Positions 47,449 to 57,826 are shown, counted from the first letter of the whole stretch. The stretch: 63,962 nt of DNA, filler included, from Candidatus Hydrogenedentota bacterium (GCA_040752395.1; 10 parts of 10 records of this genome joined end to end with filler, not necessarily neighbours in it), one strand, 5' to 3'. Made by a program: numbers and translations. Notes: generated by a model not told the origin, from the sequence alone.

Positions 47449-49983
47449 CTATGCTATTTTAACTTTTACGTCTTTCTCGATATAATTATCAGTATCCTCA
47501 AGTTTTAGAGAAATTATACTTGAGAGACCGGGCTCATATTGAGTTACACCATAAATCTGGTCAGCAATTTCTATGGTTTTCTTATTATGTGATATTATCA
47601 AAAACTGAGTTTTTTTAGTAAATTCCCGCAATAGTTTAACAAATCTATCTATATTAGATTCATCAAGTGGTGCGTCAACCTCATCAAGGATGCAGAAGGG
47701 CGATGGTTTTACAAGAAAGATAGCGAAAACAAGAGCGATTGCGCATAAAGCCTTTTCGCCGCCGGAGAGAAGTGCTATGGTCTGTGGTTTTTTACCTGGC
47801 GGCTGAGCGATTATTTCTATACCGCATTCGAGTATGTTTGCTTGATCAGTCAAGAGAGTAAGGTCTGCCTCGCCACCATCAAACAAGGTTCTAAACATCA
47901 GTTGGAAGTTATTTCGAACAAGGTTAAAAGTCTCGATAAACATCTGTGTACTTTTTACATCGATTTTTTTTATGGTTTCGGTTAGATCATCACGTGCTTT
48001 TTCGAGGTCGGCAATCTGACTATTCAAAAAATCACGTCTTGTTTTTAATTCTTCATACTCATTATTTGCCTCGAAGTTTATAGCGCCGAGTTCGGACATT
48101 TCGCGTTTAATTGAATTTCTTTTTCTTGAATTTTCCGCCCAGGAATCAACCTTTTCCAGTAATCCATAAGAAAGTTCCTTGAGATTTATATTATATTCAT
48201 CTCTTACCCTTGTTTCAATCATTTCTATTCTTGAGAGTGCTTTTTCTATTTTTAATTCCAGTGAATGATTTATTTCCTGTGTCTCGCGTAATCTTGTATT
48301 TATTTCTCTTGTTCTTAAATCCGTTGTATCAAGTTTGGTTTTATATTCTTCCCTATCTTTATTTAAACGGCCGAGTTCCTGTAATATTAAATTCAGGGTA
48401 TCATCATACTGTGATATTTCTATTTTAAAATCTGCTTCGTCTCTGTCTATCTTTTTTTCAAGTTCTTCATTCAACCCCGATAATTCATTTTTGATATTTT
48501 CGATCCGTTCAATTAAATCGTTTTCAGTATTTTTCAGGTCTTGTTGTAATTTCGATAGGTATTCGTTCTGTTTCTTAATCTCAAGATATTTTTCTTTTAT
48601 ATTATTTGTTTCTTTATTCAAATTTTCAGAGGTTTTATTAAGCTCATCTTTCTGTTTCTGTAAATCTTCTATCTCCTGTATCTTGTTAGTTATATTCTCA
48701 TTTAGTTTTTTCAGGTCTTCAATTAATTCGTCTATAATACTATTTTTATCTTCGGCTATTTTTTTTGATTCTATCAGTTTAGTGATTAAATTTTCTATTT
48801 CTTTTTTTAGCGAGATATATTTTTCAGTATCTTTTACTTTAAATCTATCGTCGAACAAAGCAAGCTGTTGTCTATGATTATCATTTATCTCACCTATATT
48901 TTTCAATTTCTTTTCAGTCTCTTCAATCTCGATTTTTATTTTTTCTTGCTGCTCTCCAATATCTTTTATTCTGTTTAATATATCGTGGTATCTCTGTTTT
49001 TCACCTGTAAATTCATTTTCTAATTTTGCTTTTCTATGTAAACGGTCCTCCTTATTTTGCGTTATAGCTTCAATTCGGGTCTTTATATTCTCTATTCTCT
49101 TTATTATTTCTGTCTTTCTTTCTATGAGTTGGTTATGTTTATTCTCATTTAAGACTATATTTTCTTTAACAAGATTTCTTGTTTTTTCAATAGTTTTTAA
49201 TTCAAGTGCAAGGTTTTGTTCCTCATTTTTTACATCTCCGAGTTCTTTCTTTATCTCAATTATTCTTTCACTCAAATCTCTATGTTCTTTCAGATTAAAC
49301 AAGACATCGATCTCTTTAAGTTCAGAGTTGAGTTCGTTATATCTTCTGGCTTTAAAAGCCTGTTTAGAAACGACTTCAAACCTTTTTTCCATCTCACTTT
49401 GTATGTCTCTTAATCTCAGTAGATTAAGATTTGTATCATCTAATTTTCTTACAGCTTCATCACGTCTGTGTTTATATTTATTTATTCCTGATGCTTCCTC
49501 AAAAATAGTTCTTCTTTCAAGTGGTTTAAAGTTTATTATTAGATCAATTCTGCCCTGCTCAATAATCGAATATGCACTCTTTCCTATGCCTGTATCAAGA
49601 AATAAGTCAACTATATCTTTTAATCTGCAGGGCTGTTTATTCAGAAGGTAAATACTCTCACCATCCCTGAAAAGTCTCCTTGTTATACTTACCTCACTTA
49701 ATTCTGTTTGTAAAAATTTAGTAGTATTATCAAGCAGAAGAGTAATTTCAGCAAAATTTAAAGCTGGCCTCTTTTTAGTACCATTGAATATAACATCTTC
49801 CATCCTTCCACCACGAAGCAGTTTCGCTGATTGTTCGCCGAGTACCCATCTCACAGCATCAAGGATATTCGATTTACCACAACCATTTGGTCCAACAATC
49901 ATAGTTATCCCATCGTTAAAAGATATATTTGTTTTGTCTGCAAAAGATTTAAATCCAAAAAGTTCAATCTCTTTAAGAAACAT
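47449..49983 (-). CDS. smc: Chromosome segregation protein SMC, short form lacking a recognisable hinge
   Basis: GFKSF, GPNGCGKSN, IEQG, PPGK, LSGGEK, LDEVDAPLD; only coiled coil between the head halves. Confidence 0.9.
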   Translation of the reverse strand: MFLKEIELFGFKSFADKTNISFNDGITMIVGPNGCGKSNILDAVRWVLGEQSAKLLRGGRMEDVIFNGTKKRPALNFAEITLLLDNTTKFLQTELSEVSITRRLFRDGESIYLLNKQPCRLKDIVDLFLDTGIGKSAYSIIEQGRIDLIINFKPLERRTIFEEASGINKYKHRRDEAVRKLDDTNLNLLRLRDIQSEMEKRFEVVSKQAFKARRYNELNSELKEIDVLFNLKEHRDLSERIIEIKKELGDVKNEEQNLALELKTIEKTRNLVKENIVLNENKHNQLIERKTEIIKRIENIKTRIEAITQNKEDRLHRKAKLENEFTGEKQRYHDILNRIKDIGEQQEKIKIEIEETEKKLKNIGEINDNHRQQLALFDDRFKVKDTEKYISLKKEIENLITKLIESKKIAEDKNSIIDELIEDLKKLNENITNKIQEIEDLQKQKDELNKTSENLNKETNNIKEKYLEIKKQNEYLSKLQQDLKNTENDLIERIENIKNELSGLNEELEKKIDRDEADFKIEISQYDDTLNLILQELGRLNKDREEYKTKLDTTDLRTREINTRLRETQEINHSLELKIEKALSRIEMIETRVRDEYNINLKELSYGLLEKVDSWAENSRKRNSIKREMSELGAINFEANNEYEELKTRRDFLNSQIADLEKARDDLTETIKKIDVKSTQMFIETFNLVRNNFQLMFRTLFDGGEADLTLLTDQANILECGIEIIAQPPGKKPQTIALLSGGEKALCAIALVFAIFLVKPSPFCILDEVDAPLDESNIDRFVKLLREFTKKTQFLIISHNKKTIEIADQIYGVTQYEPGLSSIISLKLEDTDNYIEKDVKVKIA

Positions 49984-50159
49984 AGCGTGTCTCCTATCTT
50001 ACCTCTGCGATCTCTTTCTGCGATTCCCTGAACCTTATATCCTCGTCAAGCGGGAACANNNNNNNNNNNNNNNNNNNNNNNNNNNNNNNNNNNNNNNNNN
50101 NNTTAATTAATTAANNNNNNNNNNNNNNNNNNNNNNNNNNNNNNNNNNNNNNNNNNNNG

Positions 50160-50231
50160 AAAGAAAAGGTCGAGGATGTTTTTAACATCGGAGAGAACCT
50201 TGCTAAACGTGTAGAACGGAGCCTCAAATGA
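50160..50231 (+). CDS. 3' end of an upstream gene (KEKVEDVFNIGENLAKRVERSLK)
   Basis: Open frame from the contig edge to TGA 50229-31, overlapping ATG 50228. Confidence 0.55.
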   Translation, partial: KEKVEDVFNIGENLAKRVERSLK

Positions 50232-51666
50232 CACGCTCAAGCTGTTATTGGGTTGTTGGGTTATTGGGTTATTGGGTGCTGATATTTTATACAGTTATGA
50301 TGTAACTATAGGCAAAGTATATTTCAGTGTTGGTGGTGATAGCTCAGGATCAAATTTTTCATTTAACAGCGAACTGAATCAAGCCCTGATAACTTTTATA
50401 ACCAGCGCTACCAAATCTGTCCGACTCGCTAATTTTAATTTTACTGATGATGACCCGGCAGGTAGCTCGATCCTCGATGCTTTAATAGAAAGAAAAAATG
50501 CAGGCGTTACTGTAAAAGTTGTGCTTGATAAATATAGTTCACAGGGTAGCGGAGCCTCTGTTTATAATGCGCTCCTGAATGCAGGCATCTCTGTGAAATT
50601 AGACAATGAATCAGGTGACCCGGAAATGCATAATAAATTTATTGTCATTGATTCTGATTCTGGTGATACAGCAAACGGTAAAGTCGCACTCGGATCAGCT
50701 AATTTTAATGACCCGCAGTTCTCTGAAGATAATAATAATTTTATTATAGTTGAACGATGTCCGGACCTTGCGTTTAACTACACTAAAGAGTTCGACCAGA
50801 TGTTTGCCGGCACTTTTCACACTGCTAAATCTAATGTGAAGATCGCTTCAAGTTTCTCGGTTGATACCGGCGCCATAACTATTGAAAACTATTTTAGCCC
50901 ATACGATAATAATATTGATAAAATAATCGATAAAGTGGATAACTCTATAACCCGGATTTATCTTGCTTGTTATACCTTTGGCTCGAATGATTTAGCCAAT
51001 GCACTCATTAATGCTGGCTCAACAAGAAATGTAAAGGTTAAGATTGTATTTGATAAGAGCCAGACTTTTGATAACCCATCTATGCTACAATTTTATAATG
51101 ACCTATTGGGTAGAACAAATATAGAGATATTTCTTTCAACTAAAAACCCTTACGGCATTATGCATCATAAGTTCATTATAGTAGATAATACAGTGATTAC
51201 AGGCTCAGCAAATTTTACTGTATCTGCTAATGAACAAAATGATGAGAATGATGTTTTTATTACAGGTGATAATCAATTATTGAGTTACTTTATCCTTGAG
51301 TTTGCTAAAATTTTTTCAGGGTCAGTTGATACTTCAGGCATAACAGTCCCTTCAGCTGAAGCACCGCTTCAACAAACTACATCAAGCAAACCAGAAAATT
51401 GTCCCAATCCATTTATCGCAGGCTCTGGTAATAATGTTACCATAAGAACAAAAGACAGAGAGATATTACACAAAGCTGAGATATTTGATATGCGTGGTAG
51501 AAAAATTAAAGAGATTGTTTTACCATTAAATACCACTGATAGAGATATAAAGTGGGATGGACGCGATAATAATGGGAATTATATGGCTAATGGTGTTTAT
51601 TTATATAAATTATATGTAAAAAATGTTAGAGAACCTTTGCAGGGGAAATTAACACTGATAAAATGA
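50228..51666 (+). CDS. Secreted phospholipase D/Nuc-family protein with FlgD-Ig/T9SS-like C-terminal domain; frameshifted within an 8-mer array near the start
   Basis: Two HKD motifs (MHNKFIVID...GSANF, MHHKFIIVD...GSANF); CPNPF...IFDMRGRKI...WDGRDNNG...NGVYLY...KLTLIK. Confidence 0.82.
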
Positions 51667-52991
51667 GAAATAAGAAGCAAGAAACAAGAAGCAAGAAACA
51701 AGAGAAAAATCACAAGCAATGTTTTAAAAGAAATGGTATCTATTTTTTAATTATTATATTATTACTTCTAAACAACGAGGTATTTGCAAATAAAACCACA
51801 GGTGCTGCGTTCCTTACAATCTCACCATCAAGCGCAGGTATTGGAAGGGGCAGCGGCACAGCTTACGGTACCAGCGTCTTTGATATCTTTTATAACCCCG
51901 CTTTAGTTAATAATCTATCTAATCATTCGTTTGGGTTTACACACATAGAATTACTCTCCAATGCGAATTATGAGTATCTTGGTTATGTCGCAGAACTTGA
52001 TTATGGCTTCAGAATAGGTGCTGATTTTACTTTTGTTAACAATTCTGACATAAAGAGAGATGCTACGGGTCGTGAGGCCGGCAAGATTCATAATCGTGAT
52101 TATGCCGGAGGATTGATATTAGGCAAATATTTAAATGATTATGTCTCAATCGGTACGAAACTGAAATATATTAAACAGCAGCTCGATACTTATAAAGATA
52201 ATACCTGGGGACTGGATGCAGGTCTTGTATTCAGAGATATAATTATCGATAATTTTAATATCGGTTTATCTGTGACTAATCTTGGTGGCGAGATTAAGTT
52301 TATACGGCTTGCTGACGAGTTACCTTTAAGTTATAATGCGGGCATTAATTATAATGTATTTGAGAATCGCCTCAGATTTTTTGCCGATGTAAATAAACCT
52401 GACGAAGAAGAGGTTGAGGGAGGTGTCGGTTTAGAGTATCAGCCTGTTTCGTTTCTTGTATTCCGAACAGGATTCAAAATTTATGAAGATATTAAAACAG
52501 AAAACTCATTCAGAGCAGGACTGGGTATCCAGCATAAAAATTGGTTCTTTGATTATGCCTATGAATATTTTAGCGATTTAGGTACAACACACAGGTTATC
52601 GTATGGTGTTACATTCGGTAAAAAGTTCGAGGTTGAGAAGATTGAAAAGACCCGTGAAACTAAATTATATAAGAAAAGCTATTTAATAGAGAGTGTTAAT
52701 AATCTTTCTTTTGATACTGAGATAGACTGGTTAAAAGACGGTATTCGAGAGATAGTTAAACATAACCTTAAAAAGTATAACTGGGGTTTTACACTTCTGG
52801 AAACAGCTGATATATTCATCAATATTGATTATAAAAAAGTCAGAGATGATAACATAATTATACAGCTAAATTATTATACCGCAGAAGACCCGAGATATAA
52901 GCTATTTGAATTCGAAGTGAATTTAAAACATCTATTTGATGATATGGGATCCGGCATAAACAAATTTGTTGACTTAGTTTCTAATCAATGA
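51663..52991 (+). CDS. PorV/PorQ-family beta-barrel with extra C-terminal domain
   Basis: GAAFLTISPS, FYNPA, FDYAY...DLGTTHRLS; ATGA coupling to the PLD gene. Confidence 0.82.
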   Translation: MRNKKQETRSKKQEKNHKQCFKRNGIYFLIIILLLLNNEVFANKTTGAAFLTISPSSAGIGRGSGTAYGTSVFDIFYNPALVNNLSNHSFGFTHIELLSNANYEYLGYVAELDYGFRIGADFTFVNNSDIKRDATGREAGKIHNRDYAGGLILGKYLNDYVSIGTKLKYIKQQLDTYKDNTWGLDAGLVFRDIIIDNFNIGLSVTNLGGEIKFIRLADELPLSYNAGINYNVFENRLRFFADVNKPDEEEVEGGVGLEYQPVSFLVFRTGFKIYEDIKTENSFRAGLGIQHKNWFFDYAYEYFSDLGTTHRLSYGVTFGKKFEVEKIEKTRETKLYKKSYLIESVNNLSFDTEIDWLKDGIREIVKHNLKKYNWGFTLLETADIFINIDYKKVRDDNIIIQLNYYTAEDPRYKLFEFEVNLKHLFDDMGSGINKFVDLVSNQ

Positions 52992-53004
52992 ATATTTACT
53001 CAGT

Positions 53005-53154
53005 GATACTTCTCACTTCTTACTTTCAGAGGCACAGAGGCACAACGTATGAAAAACTAAAGATGATATGTTGGCTTTTGGCTCCAGCCGGCTGTAGTCC
53101 GTAGCCTGTAGCCTGTAGCCCGAATTATTAGGGTCGCGAAGTTTTTCCAAGGAG
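53005..53154. repeat. Mosaic repeat copy ending in an AAGGAG SD
   Basis: CAGCCGGCTG at 53085-53094; TGTAGCC units. Confidence 0.85.
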
Positions 53155-53160
53155 ATGACA

Positions 53161-53643
53161 ATGAGAAACCTTATTAAACTATTAATAAAAAACGCAAAGA
53201 TTGATACTAAAGATTTAGCAAAGAGATTACACCTTAGAGAGACTGAGGTCAAGGCAGAGCTTAAAAAATTACAAAAAGATAAAGTTATTCTGGGATTCAA
53301 GCCTGTTTTAGACAGAGAAAAAGTTTATAAAGACGACTATGTCTCTTCTGCGATAGAGGTAAAAGTCACGCCACAACGCGATGTAGGGTTTGATGCCATA
53401 GCCCAAAGAATTGCAAAATTTTCTGAGGTTAGATCACTATATCTTGTATCAGGTGCTTATGATTTACTTGTTATAGTAGAAGGCAGAAATCTGAAAGAAG
53501 TCTCCACTTTTGTTGCAACAAAATTAGCTACACTCGACGAGGTTCAGAGCACCTCAACTCACTTTATGCTTAAAACTTATAAAGAACAGGGGGTCGCGTT
53601 TGAATCAGAGATTAAACCCCAGAGATTAAAGGTCTCGTTATGA
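53161..53643 (+). CDS. Lrp/AsnC family transcriptional regulator
   Basis: N-terminal HTH; IEVKVTPQRDVGFDAIA, LVSGAYDL, THFMLKTYK. Confidence 0.9.
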   Translation: MRNLIKLLIKNAKIDTKDLAKRLHLRETEVKAELKKLQKDKVILGFKPVLDREKVYKDDYVSSAIEVKVTPQRDVGFDAIAQRIAKFSEVRSLYLVSGAYDLLVIVEGRNLKEVSTFVATKLATLDEVQSTSTHFMLKTYKEQGVAFESEIKPQRLKVSL

Positions 53644-54794
53644 AAGAACGGCTCTCTAAGGTTGTTCGTGAAATAAAACCAAGTGGTATAAGAAAATTCT
53701 TTGATCTTGTTATGAATACACCTGATATAGTTTCACTTGGTGTTGGTGAACCGGATTTCTCAACCCCATGGGGTATTTCAGAATACGCAATACATAAAAT
53801 TGAAAAAGGGTTCACAAGCTATACATCCAATTATGGATTAACAGACTTAAGAGATGCTATCTGTGAATATCTTAATAATAGATTCCACTGTAGTTATAAA
53901 AGAGAAAATGTTCTTGTCACTGTTGGTTCAAGTGAAGCGCTGGATATCGTATTACGTGGATTAATAAATCCAGGAGATGAGATTATCATTCTTGAACCAT
54001 GTTTTGTCTCATACTACCCATTAATCAAGCTTGCTTATGGCACTCCTGTGGTAGTACCACTTGACCCACAGAGAAAATTTCATCCCGACTTTAAAGCCCT
54101 GAATAATAAAATTACTAAAAAAACCAAAGCTATTATAGTGAGTTATCCTAATAATCCTACAGGCTCGTCTTTAAAAAAAGAAGAGCTTGAAAAATTGATA
54201 GATATAGCTATTAAGAACGATTTATATATAATCTCTGATGAGTTGTATGCAGAGCTTACATACGATGGAGAATATATATCGTTTGGCTCTTTTAAAAAGA
54301 TAAAAAGCAGATTAATGCTTATTTCGGGTTTATCAAAAGCATGGGCTATGACCGGCTGGCGTATTGGTTATGTATGTGCTCCTTCTGAAATTATTGAGAT
54401 GATAGTAAAAATTCATCAGTATAGTATTATGTGTGCGCCTGTTATGGCCCAGTTTGCTGCAATAGAAGCTTTAAAAAACGGAAACAGAGACAAGGATGAA
54501 ATGGTTGAAGAGTATAACACAAGAAGAAAATTTATCTATAAAGGACTAAAAGATATCGGTTTTGACGTAAATCTTCCAGAAGGCGCGTTTTATATATTCC
54601 CGAGTATTAAAGAAACAGGGATGAAGTCTGAAAGATTTTGTTTGAAGCTTTTAGCTAAAGAGAAGGTTGCGGTTGTACCCGGGACAGCGTTCGGAGATTA
54701 CGGTGAAGGGTATATAAGATGTTCTTATGCGAGTTCTTTTGAAGAGATAGAGATAGCTCTTGACCATATCAATAAATTTTATAAGAATCTCTGA
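53640..54794 (+). CDS. Class I/II PLP-dependent aminotransferase
   Basis: LGVGEPDF, YPNNPTG, SDELY, SKAWAMTGWRIG. Confidence 0.93.
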   Translation: MKERLSKVVREIKPSGIRKFFDLVMNTPDIVSLGVGEPDFSTPWGISEYAIHKIEKGFTSYTSNYGLTDLRDAICEYLNNRFHCSYKRENVLVTVGSSEALDIVLRGLINPGDEIIILEPCFVSYYPLIKLAYGTPVVVPLDPQRKFHPDFKALNNKITKKTKAIIVSYPNNPTGSSLKKEELEKLIDIAIKNDLYIISDELYAELTYDGEYISFGSFKKIKSRLMLISGLSKAWAMTGWRIGYVCAPSEIIEMIVKIHQYSIMCAPVMAQFAAIEALKNGNRDKDEMVEEYNTRRKFIYKGLKDIGFDVNLPEGAFYIFPSIKETGMKSERFCLKLLAKEKVAVVPGTAFGDYGEGYIRCSYASSFEEIEIALDHINKFYKNL

Positions 54795-55131
54795 TACTTC
54801 TTCAGGCTTCGGGCTCCAGCCGGCTGTAGTCCGTAGCCTGTAGCCTGTAGCCAACATATCATCCTTAGTTTTTCATACTTTGTGCCTCTGTGCCTCTTGC
54901 TTCTTGCTTCTTGCCTCTTGCTTCTACTTGATATCATCAGAGTTACAATGTTTTTCAGAGNNNNNNNNNNNNNNNNNNNNNNNNNNNNNNNNNNNNNNNN
55001 NNNNTTAATTAATTAANNNNNNNNNNNNNNNNNNNNNNNNNNNNNNNNNNNNNNNNNNNNCACATGCTACTTGCCTCTTGCTTCTTGCTTCTACTTGATA
55101 TCATTAGAGTTACAATGTTTTTCAGAGGAGA
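54792..55131. repeat. Mosaic repeat copies at both contig ends
   Basis: CAGCCGGCTG at 54817-54826; CTTCTTG arrays; GAGTTACAATGTTTTTCAGAG end twice. Confidence 0.88.
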
Positions 55132-55204
55132 TTATGGAAACGGCTCTCTTGACACTTACTACCTTTAATATATTTTTTCACACGTTCTGAGGGGATATGT
55201 TAAG

Positions 55205-55936
55205 ATGATGAAATTTTTTTTAGTTGTAATAGTTATCTTAGTTGGGCTCCTGATATTTTATAGTTGTCAAGGAGGGAGTATGAAGAAAGATATTGATTTT
55301 AAACAACTGCGTGAAAGAATGGTCAAAGAACAGATTGAACGAAGAGGGGTAAAAGATAAACGAGTCCTTGATGTTATGCGGAAAATTGAGAGACATAAAT
55401 TCGTACCGCTTAATGTCCAACGATATGCATACGAAGATTGTCCCCAGCCCATCGGTATGGACCAGACCATTTCTCAACCATATATCGTAGCCTTGATGAC
55501 TGAATTACTGGAGCTAAAAGGTGATGAAAAAGTGCTTGAGATAGGCACAGGCTCGGGTTACCAGGCAGCTGTTTTAGCTGAACTTTGCAAAGAAGTTTAT
55601 ACTATTGAAATTATCCCTGAACTCGGCAATCAAGCTCGGGAACGGCTTAAAGGACTCGGTTATAAAAATATTAAAGTTTTGGTCGGTGATGGCTACAAAG
55701 GCTGGCCCGAATACGCTCCATTTGACGCTATTATCATCACAGCAGCACCACCTGAAATACCACAACCACTTATTGACCAGCTTGATACTGGCGGCATACT
55801 TGTTGCCCCGGTCGGTGTAACCTGGCAGGAGCTCTTCAGAGTTCAGAAATCACAAGATGGGAACATAATAAAAGAACCAATTATACCGGTACGGTTTGTC
55901 CCAATGGTTGGCGAGGCACAGCAAAAAGAAAAGTAA
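55205..55936 (+). CDS. pcm: Protein-L-isoaspartate O-methyltransferase with N-terminal signal/lipoprotein-like segment
   Basis: QTISQPYIV, VLEIGTGSGYQAA, APFDAIIITAA, VRFVPM. Confidence 0.95.
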   Translation: MMKFFLVVIVILVGLLIFYSCQGGSMKKDIDFKQLRERMVKEQIERRGVKDKRVLDVMRKIERHKFVPLNVQRYAYEDCPQPIGMDQTISQPYIVALMTELLELKGDEKVLEIGTGSGYQAAVLAELCKEVYTIEIIPELGNQARERLKGLGYKNIKVLVGDGYKGWPEYAPFDAIIITAAPPEIPQPLIDQLDTGGILVAPVGVTWQELFRVQKSQDGNIIKEPIIPVRFVPMVGEAQQKEK

Positions 55937-55986
55937 TTCTCATTTTAGAGAAAGTTATTTTGTTGACATATAAGTTGACTTAGGTT

Positions 55987-56269
55987 CTCTAACGGGGGTA
56001 CACAACGTATGAAAAAGAGAGGAGAAAGGATGAAAAACTAAAGATGATATAAAAAGAGTCAAGAGTCACAAGTCGCAAGTCGTGAGTCAAAACAGGACTC
56101 AAGACTCAAGACTTTTCAGCAGGCTCTGGGCTTTTGGCTCCAACCGGGTGTAGTCCGTAGCCTGTAGCCTGTAGCCCGTCCTGACACCTCTCACTTCTTC
56201 CGTTATCTTGCTTCTTGCCTCTTGCTTCTACTTGATATTATTATAGTTACAAAGTTTTTCAGAGGAGGT
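55987..56269. repeat. Mosaic repeat copy ending in an AGGAGGT SD
   Basis: Reverse-complement match to 28834-29070; variant core CAACCGGGTG at 56141-50. Confidence 0.9.
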
Positions 56270-56280
56270 TTAAAAAATAT

Positions 56281-56514
56281 ATGTTACAGAGTGTACGATT
56301 AAGCGCTCCTGAATTATCTGATATAACATATGTATCAGAAATTTTATCACGTGGTTCATTTGATGACTGGAAATTATTGTATCAAGCTGTGGTCTCTGAT
56401 CCTGACGGCAAAGTTGCGCAGGCAATTAAAATAAATATAAAGAATCAATATTTATATGGTACAAATATATTATGGGATGGGATATTGAAAAAGATTACCA
56501 GGGAGCGAAAATGA
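56281..56514 (+). CDS. Small protein, putative antitoxin partner
   Basis: ILSRGSFDDW motif; ATGA-coupled to the downstream nucleotidyltransferase. Confidence 0.6.
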   Translation: MLQSVRLSAPELSDITYVSEILSRGSFDDWKLLYQAVVSDPDGKVAQAIKINIKNQYLYGTNILWDGILKKITRERK

Positions 56515-57176
56515 ACCACGAGTTACCAGATTGGGAAAAAGTCATATCTGCTCAATATGTTCTTCAACAAAATTTTCCCGAGTGTATATTAGTAGGTGGC
56601 ACAGCAGCATCGCTACATTCAGGACATAGAGTATCATTTGACGGAAATCATATAATGCCAGATTTGAAAGACAGATATGACGAGATACTGCTTGAATTAG
56701 AAAAACAAGCAGGATGGACAACTAATAGAATCTATCGACCAGTTCTTATATTAGGTCAATTAAATGGTGTAGAGACAGGGATCCGTCAATTAATGAGAGA
56801 AAAACCGCTGGAGACAACTGTAATCCGCGGCATAAAAGTTCCATCAAAAGAAGAGATGCTTCGCATTAAAGCATATCTTATTATTAAACGTAATGTTTTA
56901 CGTGATTATATAGATTTCGTTGCACTTGCTGATACTCTGGGTAAAGATAATCTCTTAAAAGCATTCGAAAATTTTGATGATTATTACCCACAGCATAACA
57001 ATGAATCCATAACCAGGCAGTTATGTAAACAGCTGGCAGAACCAAAACCATTTGATTTGACAGGTGATGATTTATCACGCTATAAACAACTGGTACCTAA
57101 ATATCATAGCTGGAAAACTATAGAGCAGTTATGCTGTGATTATGGTGTTACTCTCCTTGAATATAAATTAAAATGA
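56511..57176 (+). CDS. AbiEii-like nucleotidyltransferase
   Basis: LVGGTAA..H.GHRVSFD, K....KR...RDYID motifs; start ATG 56511. Confidence 0.7.
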   Translation: MNHELPDWEKVISAQYVLQQNFPECILVGGTAASLHSGHRVSFDGNHIMPDLKDRYDEILLELEKQAGWTTNRIYRPVLILGQLNGVETGIRQLMREKPLETTVIRGIKVPSKEEMLRIKAYLIIKRNVLRDYIDFVALADTLGKDNLLKAFENFDDYYPQHNNESITRQLCKQLAEPKPFDLTGDDLSRYKQLVPKYHSWKTIEQLCCDYGVTLLEYKLK

Positions 57177-57255
57177 GGGATCAGGAGTTGACATTTATTG
57201 CGTTCTAAGTTCTGGCTGATGACTACAGATTTCCGCATTCTGTATTTTTAGAGGA

Positions 57256-57448
57256 TGTTGGCTTCAGGCTCCGGGCTTTTGGCTTCAGCCGGCTGTAGTC
57301 CGTAGCCTGTAGCCTGTAGCCCGTCCTGACACCTCTCACTTCTTCCGTTATCTTGCTTCTTGCTTCTTGCCTCTTGCTTCTACTTGATATTATTATAGTT
57401 ACAATGTTTTTCAGAGGAGGAATTAACTGATACTTCTTACTTCTTCAA
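57256..57448. repeat. Mosaic repeat copy
   Basis: CAGCCGGCTG at 57286-57295; about 120 nt near-identical to 56150-56268. Confidence 0.9.
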
Positions 57449-57466
57449 GAGGGGTATACAAAGCAA

Positions 57467-57826
57467 ATGACTGATATTAACAAGATACTGGAAACAATTG
57501 AGAATAACCCGAAAGTAATAGCTGTATATCTTTTTGGTTCATACGCTAAAAATGAAGAAAAACCCATATCTGATATAGATTTAGCTGTTATTTTAAGAGA
57601 CTATAACAAAGAAGATGAGGCAGAGATAGGGAGTTTATATGGAAAAGATATAGACCTTGTTCTTTTTCACAGATTGCCACTCCATATCAAGTTTGAAGTA
57701 TTTAAGTATGGTAAAGAGCTTTTAATAAGGGATGAGGATTACCTTCTTGATATAAAATTAGCGGTTCTTCGAGAATACCTGGAAAATACAAGATTTTATA
57801 GACTAATAGGATCCGAGGTGTCTTAA
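57467..57826 (+). CDS. MntA-like minimal nucleotidyltransferase antitoxin
   Basis: YLFGSYA...SDIDLAV, IDLV. Confidence 0.88.
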   Translation: MTDINKILETIENNPKVIAVYLFGSYAKNEEKPISDIDLAVILRDYNKEDEAEIGSLYGKDIDLVLFHRLPLHIKFEVFKYGKELLIRDEDYLLDIKLAVLREYLENTRFYRLIGSEVS

